A stretch of 62,801 nt of DNA, counting the filler. It is 8 parts of 8 records of this genome, joined end to end, with 100 filler letters (N's around TTAATTAATTAA, not from the genome) between each part and the next. Parts side by side here need not be neighbours in the genome. Positions count along the whole stretch, not along the records: positions 25,472 to 35,828 come from SRR31147125_85804; positions 35,929 to 41,320 come from SRR31147125_86031; 6 more parts are not named here. One strand, given 5' to 3'. The position numbers and the translations under genes are program-made. The stretch's first letter is position 1, and each line of letters starts with the position of its first letter. This document shows positions 30,191 through 41,420 of this stretch, piece by piece. The notes beneath the pieces are model-generated. The model did no database searches and was not told where the DNA came from. It was given only the letters and a program-made list of their open reading frames with translations.

Positions 30191-32542
30191 ATGGCTCCCA
30201 ACAAAGCACAGAAAAAGAAAACCAAGCGAAAAACCAAGCTGCAAGCCCGCCGAAAAGCCGGGCATGCCGAGGCGCGCCTGGAGAAGGCGGAATTTTTTGC
30301 TGGCGAAGCCAACTGGTACAAGGATCAGGGTAATTTTGATAAGGCATTGCATTTTCTAAAAAAAGCGTTAAAGCTCACCCCAACCGACGTCGACTATATC
30401 AGAGCCCTGGTCTACTTGGGATTTCAGATGGATGATCCAGAGGTACAGTTCGATGGCCTTGTGCGGTTGCATCACTGCAATCAGATGGACGATCTGCTCC
30501 TTCCGCATTTTGTCAACCTGCTGGTCGATAAGGAGGACTTCGAACTGGCCATCCAAACGATCGATCGCCTGATCGTTCGGCTGCCCTCCTTGAATATCAC
30601 CAATAAGCGCAAGCTTGGCCGCGATGTCAAAAACAATCGGGAATATTGCCAGTATCGGTTGCAGCAGGCCGGACAGGTTCCATCCTCGACACCCCAAGCG
30701 TCATCGCGTACCAAGAAGATAGCCAGGCAGAAACCGTCGCAAAACGCATCTCCGGCAACCGGACCCAAGCCGGCGCAGCCGAAACCGGCCGCGTCAAAGC
30801 CCTTGGCGCCGGAGATTCCCGTAGCCGTCATCATCAACCTGGATTCTTTCCAAACACCGTTATCCGCAGGTGTCGCATCAACCCACGCGCAGTATGAGAT
30901 CGCCCTGGAAGCCCAACGCATCCGGTTCAGGGAATCCTTCGATAACCTGATCTGTTTGCCGATCCTGCAGAACATCCAATCGTTTTGGCACCAGGAGGAA
31001 ACCGCCCGCAAGGTGTTGAAGACCCTTCGCGGACGAGCCCTGTTGTCGGACGAGGTTGGACTGGGGAAAACCATAGAGGCCTGCGTGGTCCTGAAGGAGT
31101 ATATCCAGCGTGGCATGGTTAAAAGCGCCCTGATCCTCACCCCAGCGCCGCTGGTCAGCCAGTGGCAGGAAGAGCTCAAAATCAAGTTCGATCTTTATTT
31201 TCCATCCACCGATGACCCGGATTTCCGCAAACCCGATGAAACGTTCTGGAATCAGCCGTTTGTCCTGGCCTCCATCAACCAGGCCAAATCCAAACGTAAC
31301 TTCGATACCGTAATCCGTCGTGAATATGACATGGTGATTGTCGATGAGGCCCATCACCTGAAAAACCGCAACACCCTCAATTGGAAGCTGGTCAACGCGC
31401 TTAAAAAACGATTCCTGCTCCTGTTGACCGCCACGCCGGTGGAAAACAATCTCATGGAGCTTTACAATCTGATCACCCTGCTCAAGCCGGGCCAACTCAA
31501 GACGGCGTCGGCCTTTCGCGAAGCGTTCATGACCCGGGGGGATCCCACCAGCCCGCAAAATCGCAGCCGGCTCAAGGAACTGCTGGGACAGGTGATGATC
31601 CGCAACACCCGGGCGGTGGCCAAGATCAATATCCCCCCACGCTTTGCCGAAACCGTGCGGGTCGATCCCACCCCAGCTGAACAAGAGCTTTACGAGCGCA
31701 TCAGCGCATTGGTGCAATCCATCAAGCAGACAAACGGGACTGGCCACAAACTCCTGCTGAGACATCTTCTGGCCGAAGCGGGCTCTTCTCCACGGGCAGT
31801 CGAACTGACCCTTTCGCGCATGATAGATAAAAATGAATTGCTGCTGGATCACGAAAAGCAGATACAGGCGATTCGCAATTTGACCCGCTCAATGGGAGAC
31901 ACTCGAAAAAACAAGGTTCTACTCAAACTCATCCGGAACACGCCGGGCAAAAAGATAATTTTTGTCAAGTACATGGGCACGCTGGAACATATCACCGATT
32001 TTTTGGCCTGGCAAAAGATCCCCCATGCGTTGTTTCATGGCCAAATGAGCAACCCGCAGAAGGATGCACAGATCGCGCAATTCAAGGATGCGGCAACCGA
32101 TCTTCTGGTTACCACTGAAATCGGTGGCGAAGGGCGTAACCTCCAGTTTTGCCACCAGATGATTAACTATGATCTGCCCTGGAATCCCATGAAGATCGAG
32201 CAGCGCATTGGCCGGATCCATCGCATCGGCCAGGACAAGCAGGTGAAAATTTACAACCTGTGCGCAGCCAACAGTATCGAGGATTATATCCTGGAGATCC
32301 TGGACCGCAAAATCAACATGTTCGAAATGGTGATCGGCGAAATAGAAATGGTGCTGGGCCGCATCAGCGGTGAGAAGGATTTTTCCGACCGGGTATTCGA
32401 TATCTGGATGCAGGCATCACTGCCGGAAGAGCGCCAAAAAGGATTCGATCAGTTGGCCACGCAGCTCAAACGCTCAAAGACCCGATACCACACCACCAAG
32501 CAATTAGACGAAAAACTATTCGGAGAGAATTATGAGCTCTGA
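30191..32542 (+). CDS. SNF2-family helicase (YqhH-like) with an N-terminal TPR region
   Basis: SDEVGLGKT, DEAHH, LTATP, GGEGRNLQ, YDLPWNP, QRIGRIHRIGQ. Confidence 0.92.
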   Translation: MAPNKAQKKKTKRKTKLQARRKAGHAEARLEKAEFFAGEANWYKDQGNFDKALHFLKKALKLTPTDVDYIRALVYLGFQMDDPEVQFDGLVRLHHCNQMDDLLLPHFVNLLVDKEDFELAIQTIDRLIVRLPSLNITNKRKLGRDVKNNREYCQYRLQQAGQVPSSTPQASSRTKKIARQKPSQNASPATGPKPAQPKPAASKPLAPEIPVAVIINLDSFQTPLSAGVASTHAQYEIALEAQRIRFRESFDNLICLPILQNIQSFWHQEETARKVLKTLRGRALLSDEVGLGKTIEACVVLKEYIQRGMVKSALILTPAPLVSQWQEELKIKFDLYFPSTDDPDFRKPDETFWNQPFVLASINQAKSKRNFDTVIRREYDMVIVDEAHHLKNRNTLNWKLVNALKKRFLLLLTATPVENNLMELYNLITLLKPGQLKTASAFREAFMTRGDPTSPQNRSRLKELLGQVMIRNTRAVAKINIPPRFAETVRVDPTPAEQELYERISALVQSIKQTNGTGHKLLLRHLLAEAGSSPRAVELTLSRMIDKNELLLDHEKQIQAIRNLTRSMGDTRKNKVLLKLIRNTPGKKIIFVKYMGTLEHITDFLAWQKIPHALFHGQMSNPQKDAQIAQFKDAATDLLVTTEIGGEGRNLQFCHQMINYDLPWNPMKIEQRIGRIHRIGQDKQVKIYNLCAANSIEDYILEILDRKINMFEMVIGEIEMVLGRISGEKDFSDRVFDIWMQASLPEERQKGFDQLATQLKRSKTRYHTTKQLDEKLFGENYEL

Positions 32543-33599
32543 TCCGAAGCATGCCCTTGAGCTGTTTGTCGAACGTTTTTTTGCATCCCAGGGTGCGGTT
32601 GTCGAAAAACGGGGAACCGGCCTGGACGTGCTCGCACCTCGGGAACTGTCCCTGCGGATCGGAATCCCGGACTATTGCCACCTGACCGTCGATGGTGATT
32701 CACAGGAAGGCTACAGCGCCAACTATGGATCCCCGTTGCTGGAAAAAATCACCCAGGCTGCCGGCGAGCAAAGTCCCCTTACCGTGGTCCGTCTCCGTTT
32801 TCACTATCTCAAGAGTCAGGGGTTCGACCGCTTGGTTAAGGATGGGTTCACCTTTCAGGGTGCCATTGTGCAAGTGGAAAACACCGCCGAGGTGCTCACC
32901 GAATACTTGCTGTTGACCTGCCGTTTTCTGGCCCAAAGCGATGAGCAAAAAGAAGGTCTGCTTCCCCTGGCCTTCAATTTGGAAACCGGTGCACGGGTTG
33001 GTGATCTTGAATCCATGCTGGATACCACCGAAAAGGAGTTTGTGCCGGATGGCCCATGCAGCCCATTTGAAGGGGAGAAAATCGATGCCATCACCCAATG
33101 GGTCAAACACCAGGCGCCCACCTTGGTAGAGGATCGGATTCAAGCCTTCCGCGACAGCATGAACCGCCGGTTCAGCAGGGATGTGGCCAACCTGGAGGCA
33201 TACTATGCCGAACTGAAAGAGGAGATGACCGAGAATTTGAATCGCTCCGGCCTGTCCAAGCAGTTAATCGAGGAGCGGAAAGAAAAAATTGCGCTGATTC
33301 CCGAAGAAATGGCCAAAAAAGACGACCTGTTCAAAAAATACAGCATCCGCGTCAAGCTTGAGCTCTGCGGCGCCATGCTGATCCGGACGCCGGCCGTCAA
33401 GCTGTTTGGCAAAGCCACCATCGGCCGCCGTAAAAAGGCCGTCGCCTTCTTTTACAATCCCATCGGCAAATCCATTGACCCCCTGGTTTGCGACGGTTGC
33501 GGCCAACCCGCAACCATCATCCACTTCTGCGACCGTCTGCATTTGCTGTGTCCGGGATGCACACAGGAATGCCCCGCCTGCGCCTCCGGTTCAAAATAG
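32532..33599 (+). CDS. YqhG-like helicase partner with a C-terminal Cys-rich Zn finger
   Basis: Overlaps the helicase stop; YGSPLL, coiled segment LEAYY, and CxxC...CxxxHxxCxxC...CxxC tail. Confidence 0.65.
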   Translation: MSSDPKHALELFVERFFASQGAVVEKRGTGLDVLAPRELSLRIGIPDYCHLTVDGDSQEGYSANYGSPLLEKITQAAGEQSPLTVVRLRFHYLKSQGFDRLVKDGFTFQGAIVQVENTAEVLTEYLLLTCRFLAQSDEQKEGLLPLAFNLETGARVGDLESMLDTTEKEFVPDGPCSPFEGEKIDAITQWVKHQAPTLVEDRIQAFRDSMNRRFSRDVANLEAYYAELKEEMTENLNRSGLSKQLIEERKEKIALIPEEMAKKDDLFKKYSIRVKLELCGAMLIRTPAVKLFGKATIGRRKKAVAFFYNPIGKSIDPLVCDGCGQPATIIHFCDRLHLLCPGCTQECPACASGSK

Positions 33600-33628
33600 C
33601 CGGCCATCTAACCCTCGGCATGCCGCAG

Positions 33629-33720
33629 GACAGGGTGGGCATCGCCCACCATGCGTTCGATTTATTTATGATTTGCAATTATAATTACCTCCCTGCAATG
33701 GCGGGCAATGCCCGCCCTAC
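33629..33720. repeat. Inverted pair of GTAG-family REP elements (REPIN-like)
   Basis: CAGGGTGGGCATCGCCCACC (33631-33650) and GGCGGGCAATGCCCGCCCTAC (33700-33720; reverse complement GTAGGGCGGGCATTGCCCGCC). Confidence 0.7.
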
Positions 33721-33900
33721 CGGCGAATGATGGTGGTAAGGCAATATGGCTCTGGCGGTTGAACGATGCCTTTTTTACCGGATATGAATCGACGGATGAC
33801 CAGCTTAACCTGTGGTCGCTCCTATCCTCCGAATGCATTCCCATTCCGTTGAGAACCAAAAAGGAATTCGCAATCGATGATCGTTCAAAGCATACTGTAT

Positions 33901-34692
33901 TCAGGGGGATTTTTCGACCAAGGGCTCAGGAATAATCGCCAGGGCTTCGCGGATGTGCTTGATGAAAATATCCACGATCGCCTGATGTTTGCCCAGCCCG
34001 TTTTCCTCAACCGTCACCTCGAGGCCGGCATCCAAGCACGCCCGCTTCCAGGAATCCTCGTCCCCGGCAATATCCTCCTGTAAATGGACGCCGGCCACCA
34101 GCATCAAGGGCATGAGGTGAACACGCGTGGCGCCGGAGCGGAGAACTTCCTCGATCGTTTCCTCCATGGCCGATTCCCCCTCGACAGTGGTCACATGCAC
34201 GTTGGCGCCGGACATCCGGATGACCTGCTGCAGCGCCGGATAGGCGGTCCACGCCGGATGATCGGTGCCATGGCCCACCAAAACGGTCGCCGTCCCGTTA
34301 TCGGGCATGCCATTTCTCAATATGGCTTCGTTAAGCTCCCGATAATCGGCGGGCGATGTCAACAATGGAAGCCCCATGCTGGTGCGCAGGGCATTTCCCT
34401 TTACTTCGTCAACCAGACGGTAGAACTCATGGCCACTGATAAAATGCATGCTCTGCACAACGGCCCAGGCATGTCCCTGCCCAGCCAGCGCATCCAGGAC
34501 CTGAGACGGGTTTTTCATGTTGGCCCGGTGCTTTTTCCTCATGTGCGAGCGCACCATCCGGGAGGTATAGGCCCAACGCACCGGATGGTCCGGGAAGGCG
34601 CGTTTGACGGCAGCGTCGATAAAGCTGTATGTATCCAGCGCCCGGGAGGTGGTGCCGAAAGCGGCTAAAACGATGGGAGTGTTGGTGTTCAT
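33901..34692 (-). CDS. cbiK: Sirohydrochlorin cobaltochelatase
   Basis: LAAFGTTS, WAYTSRMV, GHEF, VGHGTDH, PLMLVAGVH...D, SWK. Confidence 0.88.
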   Translation of the reverse strand: MNTNTPIVLAAFGTTSRALDTYSFIDAAVKRAFPDHPVRWAYTSRMVRSHMRKKHRANMKNPSQVLDALAGQGHAWAVVQSMHFISGHEFYRLVDEVKGNALRTSMGLPLLTSPADYRELNEAILRNGMPDNGTATVLVGHGTDHPAWTAYPALQQVIRMSGANVHVTTVEGESAMEETIEEVLRSGATRVHLMPLMLVAGVHLQEDIAGDEDSWKRACLDAGLEVTVEENGLGKHQAIVDIFIKHIREALAIIPEPLVEKSP

Positions 34693-34768
34693 TGGACAGT
34701 CCTCCTGAAGAAACGGTGATCGGTTGCAGGTCAACGGTGATCAGTAAACCGTTAAGTGTGAACCGTTT

Positions 34769-35828
34769 TTAAAACGTCAGATTCAATCCGGTCAGGAACC
34801 TGAATCCGTCATCCGGGTATCCGTAGTGAACCTCGTAGCGCTTGTCAAAGAGATTTCCCAGGTTGACAAACCACTCCACGGCAATGCCCTTGACGGAAAA
34901 GGGTTGGATGGCCTTGAGGTCCACGGTGGCATAATCATCGAGCCGTTGTTCCTCGCGGTTTTGCGACTCGCTGTACTGCTTGGCGCGATAGCGCACCGTC
35001 GTCTCCAGTCGTGTATCGAGGGGTTTCAAGGTATACTGCAGTGACAGCTTGAGTTTCACCCGCGGAGTGTAGGGCAGTTCATTGCCGGTTGCCTCGATTT
35101 CCGAATCCTGGACAATCGCGCTGGCATCGGCGGTCGGCCCCGAATCGAATCCGTATTTCCAGGCGGCTTCCACCCCATGTCGCCAGCTGCGATTGGCGTT
35201 CACCGGGCGGTAGATCAGGTCGTCGCCCCGCTCGTAGGTGATTGGGTCACGGGTATCGGATCGAAACAAGGTAACCACAAACAGGTGCGACTTGCCCTTA
35301 CGGTATTCGCCTGACAGATCATAGGACCAGATCTTCTCCCCGTCCAGATCCGGGTTTCCGCGAACCTGATCGATACTGCCATGGCTGGGCTGGTAGAGTT
35401 GCCCGAAGGTGGGGATGTTCACCGTGTAGCCGGCATTGGCCTTGAGGGCCCAGTTCTTGGCCAGGCTGTAGCGCAGCCCGCTGGAAAACCCGGGGTTCAC
35501 ATCGAAATCGCTGGTGTAATCGCCGCGCAGGCCGAAGGTCACGGAAAAGGCTTTCCAATTGCGGTCCGCCTGGGCGCCCAGCCCGGCGGTGGTTCGGTGA
35601 TGGGTGCCGGAAAGGGTGTGATCCACATCGTCACGCTCAAGGATGCCGCAAAGCTGCAGGCCCCAGCGGTCTTCCTCGTCGCTCCAGTTGCTTTCGCCCT
35701 TCATCCCGAATTTCTGGTTGTCCAGGGTGGACACCAAACCGGACTGGCTCTCGTCTTTCAAATCGATCACGTCTCCGTACAGGTTCAGGGCATAATCACC
35801 GGCCGAGCCGACGATGCCACTAAACCGG
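34769..35828 (-). CDS. TonB-dependent receptor, C-terminal part (5' end off contig)
   Basis: GLRGDY, PTFGQLY, GNPDL..E, NLFDKRY...GLNLTF. Confidence 0.88.
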
Positions 35829-35928
35829 NNNNNNNNNNNNNNNNNNNNNNNNNNNNNNNNNNNNNNNNNNNNTTAATTAATTAANNNNNNNNNNNNNNNN
35901 NNNNNNNNNNNNNNNNNNNNNNNNNNNN
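35829..35928. other. Artificial contig linker
   Basis: N44-TTAATTAATTAA-N44. Confidence 0.98.
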
Positions 35929-36306
35929 GGGGGGATGTGGTAGGTTTCTGAACGGATTATTTCACGAAAATTATAAATTGCCCTTTAAGAAAAAGCGTGT
36001 CATTTCCGAGGTCTCTTATCGGGAATCCAGGGGAGGTGGTGATAATTTAAAATCCTTATCGATTATATTAGTTATTGAGTAATAAATAATAGTCTGGATT
36101 AACTCGTACTTTAAGATCATAAGGCGCTGATTTTAAAATGATTAACAATGTATGCTGTTTTTTACTACATTTATTGAATAATGCATTAATTTATGATGAA
36201 ATATGGGAACCTCTGGAGTGCTCTTGTTGTTTTATATTGTGAATGTCAAAGAGAGTACGACATTCATTATTTGCTTCCAGTTCTTCCCATACACCTTCAT
36301 TAATAC

Positions 36307-36338
36307 CCCCGGGCGAGTTTTCGTCCGGGGTTTTTTTT
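36307..36338 (+). terminator. Strong intrinsic terminator with no convincing CDS upstream
   Basis: CCCCGGGCGA-GTTT-TCGTCCGGGG followed by T8. Confidence 0.8.
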
Positions 36339-36570
36339 GCTATAAAAATAATATCATAGACACAAAATATTTTGGAATGATATTGTTATTTTCGGGATCA
36401 GTCGGTAAATTATACTTGAAAAAAACAAAAAAATTTATAAATTAGCTTGCTTTTTTTTCAGGATAGAATCTTACGTCTTTCAAACAGATCATTCCTGTTT
36501 TTAAGAAATATTTTCAAACCTTATATACTAATCTTCTCTCAAAAAAATAACCATTGCATGGAGATAGCGC

Positions 36571-38742
36571 ATGAAAGTGGCCATCATCTACAACAAGGAC
36601 ATGTCCGGTGTCATCAATGAATTTGGTATGCAAAATAAAGAGATTTATAATCCCAATACGGTGAAACGGGTATTTGAGTCATTGGAATATGGTGGTCATA
36701 ATGTTGCCATAATTGACGGAAATATGCGTGTTATAGAAACGTTGCAGGAATTCATGCCACGGGTTATGGAAGGTGAACGAATGGGTATTGTTTTTAATAT
36801 GGCCTATGGTATCCAGGGAGAGAGTCGGTATACGCATTTACCAGCCATGTTGGAGATGCTTGGAATCCCTTATGTTGGCTCAAGCCCTGCTGGTCATGCC
36901 CTGGCACTGGATAAGGTATTTACTAAAATCATCATGCAAAATCATGGTATCCCGACTCCTAAATTTTGGGTTTATTCGGATGCCCAGACTGATATGTCAC
37001 TGGTGGAATATCCGGTTATCGTCAAACCTAAAATGGAATCCGTTTCTTATGGTTTACAGATTGTTCATGATGAATCGGGATTACGAAAAGCCGTAAAATT
37101 TATAATTGATGAATTTCAACAACAGGCACTTGTGGAACAGTTTATTCGGGGAAGAGAATTTTGTGTTGGATTGCTTGGAAATAACACTCCAGAGGCTTTT
37201 CCACTTCTGGAAATCGACTTTGAGGATGATCCGGATGGAATTCACAGTTTTGAAGATAAAATAAACAAGCCACGAAAAAAGATCTGCCCGGCAAATTTAT
37301 CAAAGGAACTATCGGATGAAATAGTTCAATTCAGCATTAGAGCTTTTAAAGCGCTGGAGTTGCGAGATTTTGCCCGTGTGGATATCCGTGTCGATGAAAA
37401 CCAGAATATTCATTTACTGGAATTAAATTCCATGGCCAGTCTTGGACCGACAGGTTCTTATGTTCGTGCTGCACAGGTTGCGGGATATGATTTCAGATCA
37501 TTGGTAAACAAAATGCTGGATGTGGCCAGCAAACGATATTTTGCTACGAATGGAGTACCTGTTCAGAATGGAAGTGAAACAAAACCTCCCCAAAAGAGGG
37601 AAACAGTGCATGTCCGGGTTCGGACATTTTTGAGAAACCGGCAGGAAACGATTGAGAGTATATTACAGAAAATGGTCAATATCAACACCTATGTTCGCAA
37701 TGTAGAAGGCGTAAATGATCTTTCACGATTTATTATTCATTATCTCAGTTCTCTTGGATTTAAACATCAGGTATTTCCGCAGGTTGATATCGGTCAAATA
37801 ACTCTTTTAGACAATTCGCCGGATGATCACTTTGATGTGCTTTTGTTAAGTCATTTGGATAATTTAACGCCATTTTCCAACCATATTTATTATGGCGCAA
37901 GTGAACAACGATTGTATGGATCGGGTATCTGGACCCATAAAGGTGGTCTGGCCATCATGATCGCGGCATTACAAGCCTTAAAATATATCAGGTTGTTACG
38001 CAAACTCAAGATTGGAATATTATTAACCAGTGATGATAGCTTACAGGGACGATTTGCAAAAAATATTGTTCAGCAAATGACCTCTCGTGCGGACCATGTC
38101 ATAGCTCTAAAGGGTTCCTCTTTGAACGGAACTGTGGTGACGTCTCGATCAGGAGCGGCTGTTTACCATTGCCGAATGAACGTGGTTAATCCTGAAAACG
38201 CTGAAGATATTTCACACGCTATGAATCTCTTTTCCCGCGCTGTGACTGCCTGGTCAGGTTTATCAGATGCGAATAGTGGGCTCGTGGTCGTACCCAGTGA
38301 GGTTTCTATGCGATCCAATATTACCGATCTTTCAGCAAATGGAGAGGTTCATCTCAGTGTACGATTTAATGATCCGGGACAAATGCAGAGCACAAGTCAT
38401 AAAATTCGTAATTCTGTTCCCAGGAAACAGCGTAAAAGGTTCCATGTTCAAATACAGGGAGGCATGCGTCGTCCACCCATGCTGCGGACTGAAGGCATTG
38501 AGTCTATGTGGCTAATGGTGAAACAAATCGCTGAAAAACTGGATATTCGACTCACAGAAGAGCATCGATGGAGCTCCTCTGATATTTGTTTTGTGGATCC
38601 GAATATTGCAAAATTGGATGGTCTCGGTCCCATTGGTGCGGAACCACAAGGAAAGGAAGAATATATACTGCGTCATAGTTTGTTGGAAAGAGCTACATTA
38701 CTAGCCATGACGCTTTGCGAAATTGCGGCAATGCACAAGTAA
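36571..38742 (+). CDS. D-Ala-D-Ala-ligase-like ATP-grasp protein fused to an M20/M25/M40 peptidase-like domain
   Basis: LEMLGIPYVGS, LDK, VIVKP, VEQFIRGRE, ARVD, LELN; C-terminal LLSHLD, GSGI..KGG, DGLGP. Confidence 0.85.
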   Translation: MKVAIIYNKDMSGVINEFGMQNKEIYNPNTVKRVFESLEYGGHNVAIIDGNMRVIETLQEFMPRVMEGERMGIVFNMAYGIQGESRYTHLPAMLEMLGIPYVGSSPAGHALALDKVFTKIIMQNHGIPTPKFWVYSDAQTDMSLVEYPVIVKPKMESVSYGLQIVHDESGLRKAVKFIIDEFQQQALVEQFIRGREFCVGLLGNNTPEAFPLLEIDFEDDPDGIHSFEDKINKPRKKICPANLSKELSDEIVQFSIRAFKALELRDFARVDIRVDENQNIHLLELNSMASLGPTGSYVRAAQVAGYDFRSLVNKMLDVASKRYFATNGVPVQNGSETKPPQKRETVHVRVRTFLRNRQETIESILQKMVNINTYVRNVEGVNDLSRFIIHYLSSLGFKHQVFPQVDIGQITLLDNSPDDHFDVLLLSHLDNLTPFSNHIYYGASEQRLYGSGIWTHKGGLAIMIAALQALKYIRLLRKLKIGILLTSDDSLQGRFAKNIVQQMTSRADHVIALKGSSLNGTVVTSRSGAAVYHCRMNVVNPENAEDISHAMNLFSRAVTAWSGLSDANSGLVVVPSEVSMRSNITDLSANGEVHLSVRFNDPGQMQSTSHKIRNSVPRKQRKRFHVQIQGGMRRPPMLRTEGIESMWLMVKQIAEKLDIRLTEEHRWSSSDICFVDPNIAKLDGLGPIGAEPQGKEEYILRHSLLERATLLAMTLCEIAAMHK

Positions 38743-38980
38743 AAACGTGGATCTTGATTTAAATTGTTGCAAGAGTTAGGATGGATATCTATAAGTGTTT
38801 AAGAATGCCTGGATGGAACATTTAAAACGAGTTTTGAGTGGTTTTAATGCAATATAAGTTTAATTAGATGATTTTTAATTAATTGATTGGCATATCATAA
38901 ATGGAATTGTATCTTTTAAAACATGATCTGGATCCTGTGTTGCAGTTGTTTTAAAAATTTATTTAACCAGGAGAATAAAG

Positions 38981-41247
38981 TTGCGATTATGTGATTTGAA
39001 ATTTAAAATTCTATTGCTCATCTTTACATTCGGTGTTTTTTATTCTGCCCAGTCTCAGTACAAATTACCAGGATTGCTTTTTGATGATGTGAAAACGAGT
39101 TCATTTGTGAGTCAGGCCGTATCGGTCAAGAATCCGCCTTTGCTTGATGGCGAGGTACTGAGTGATTCTATCTGGATAGATGCTCCAGTCATTTCCGAGT
39201 TTTGGCAAACCACGCCGAATGAAGGTCAACCTGTCTCTGAACGGACCGAGGTTCGAATTGTTTACACTAGCGACAAACTTTATGTTGGCGTTGTTTGTTT
39301 TGATCGGGAACCTGAAGGAATTATAATTTCCGAAAATCGACGTGATGCTTCGCTCGATGATTCGGATAGTTTTCGTATGATTTTTGATACCTATCAGGAT
39401 CGACAAAGTGGATTTATTTTCGGTACTAATCCAGCCGGTATAGAATATGATGCTCAAGTGACCAATGAGGGGCAAGGTACCCTTAGTGCGGGCCGGCAGC
39501 GAGGTGGTGCAATCGGCGGTTTTAATATCAATTGGGATGGGTCCTGGACAGTGCATACCCGCCTGTCTGAAATTGGCTGGAGTGCAGAATTTGCCATACC
39601 TTTTCGTACTTTACGATTTGATCATGGAAAAACGCAAACCTGGGGTATAAACTTTCAACGTAACATTCGACGTCGTAACGAGGCCGCTTTTTGGGTGCCA
39701 TTACCACGACAATTTACCTTACAACGCGTCTCATTGGCAGGGACACTCGTCGGTTTGGAAATACCTGATCAACGCAATTTAAAAATTGTACCATTTTCGG
39801 TTGGACAGATTAAACGGGATTTTATAACAAATCAGGTCACAGAAAAGGAGGGAGAGGTCGGTGTTGATATCAAGTATAGTTTGACACCCAGTCTGACAAT
39901 GGATGTGACTTTGAATACTGATTTTGCTCAGGTTGAAGTAGATGAACAACAGGTCAACCTGGATCGATTCAATTTGTTTTTTCCTGAAAAACGTCCTTTT
40001 TTTCTGGAGAATGCTGGTTTGTTCTCTGTCGGTAGTCCGGAAGAAGTGGAACTCTTTTTCAGCCGTCGAATCGGCATAGGCCCTGATGAAGAGATTGTGC
40101 CAATTTGGGGGGAGTTCGATTGTCTGGCAGAATGGCGAATACCAATATTGGTTTGCTAAATATGCAAACACAGTCACTTGAGGGAGTGACGAATGCAAAT
40201 AATTTTACGGTTGCCAGAATAAAACAGGAATTCCCCAATAGCCGTTCGTCAATAGGTATGTTGCTGGTTAATCGCCAGGGAACAGGTTCTGATTCTCCTG
40301 ACAATAATTATAACCGTACTATATCTGTGGATGGACAATGGGGTATCGGTTTGTATGGGCAGGTGTCTGGTTTTCTGGCTCGTACCTATACACCGGGAGT
40401 GACTGAAAAACAACACGCATTCAAGCTGGATACACGATATAACAGTCGAGCCTGGCAAATTGGTGCAGGTTATACAGAAGTTGGTGACGGATTTAATCCT
40501 GAGGTCGGTTTTTTGCAGCGAGACAATGGTTTCAGGAAACCGGATTTTTTGATCTTATACCGTTATCGACCGGATGATTTTTTGGGATTCCTTGAGCTAC
40601 GGCCGCACATTTCCTATTATGGCTATTGGAATATGGACGATTTTTACGAAACCGGTCGCTGGCATATTGACAATCACTGGGAATGGAAGAATGGCTATGA
40701 GGTACATACAGGGGTTAATTTGAGGCACGAAGGTGTTATAGAAGAGTTTGAAATTTCACCGGATATTTATATGCCAGTTGGATCTTATGATTGGACTGAA
40801 GCACAGCTTGTTGCAAATACAAATCTGGGCGCTCCAATAAGTTTTCAAATCAGGGCTTTTATAGGTGGTTTTTTTGATGGCCACAGAGTTTCATTAAGTC
40901 CGGGCTTTAATTTTCGCATCAGTGATACTTTTAATACGGAAATCGATGTGATTCGTAATGATGTAGATCTTGCCGGGGATAAGGATTTTGTAACAAATTT
41001 GTTTAGAGCCAGGATTTCTTACTCCTTTACACCCAGGATCTATTTACAAAGTTTGATACAATACAACGATAGCGATGATATCTGGGCATCAAATCTAAGA
41101 TTAGGATGGCTGGAAACGGCGAACACCGGGCTTTTTATTGTTTACAACGAAACACTCGATACGGATGGAAGTCTTTTTGGATCGTATGCAAAGAATAACA
41201 GGAGTTTTATTCTTAAATATTCACGTATGTTCGATGCATTTCGTTAA
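38981..41247 (+). CDS. CBM9-like/DUF5916 outer-membrane protein, frameshifted near 40105
   Basis: WSAEFAIPFRTLRF, NTDFAQVEVD, FPEKRPFFLEN, FFSRRIG; continues GGVRLSG... to FILKYS. Confidence 0.85.
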
Positions 41248-41320
41248 TGAAGAGGGGAGTGACCGCACGATAATCTGTTGCCCTTTATTTTAAATCTGCG
41301 TCCCAAATTGAAATTTGGGA

Positions 41321-41420
41321 NNNNNNNNNNNNNNNNNNNNNNNNNNNNNNNNNNNNNNNNNNNNTTAATTAATTAANNNNNNNNNNNNNNNNNNNNNNNN
41401 NNNNNNNNNNNNNNNNNNNN
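41321..41420. other. Artificial contig linker
   Basis: N44-TTAATTAATTAA-N44. Confidence 0.98.

Noticed and set aside
30368-35884. Long antisense ORFs over the helicase, cbiK and TonB genes (e.g. 30878-31852, 34084-34668)
   Set aside because: Shadow frames of GC-rich coding sequence with no independent motifs.
35997-36030. GTCATTTCCG...CGGGAATCCAG hairpin
   Set aside because: Resembles a common REP-like repeat, but it is a single degenerate copy with no associated transposase.
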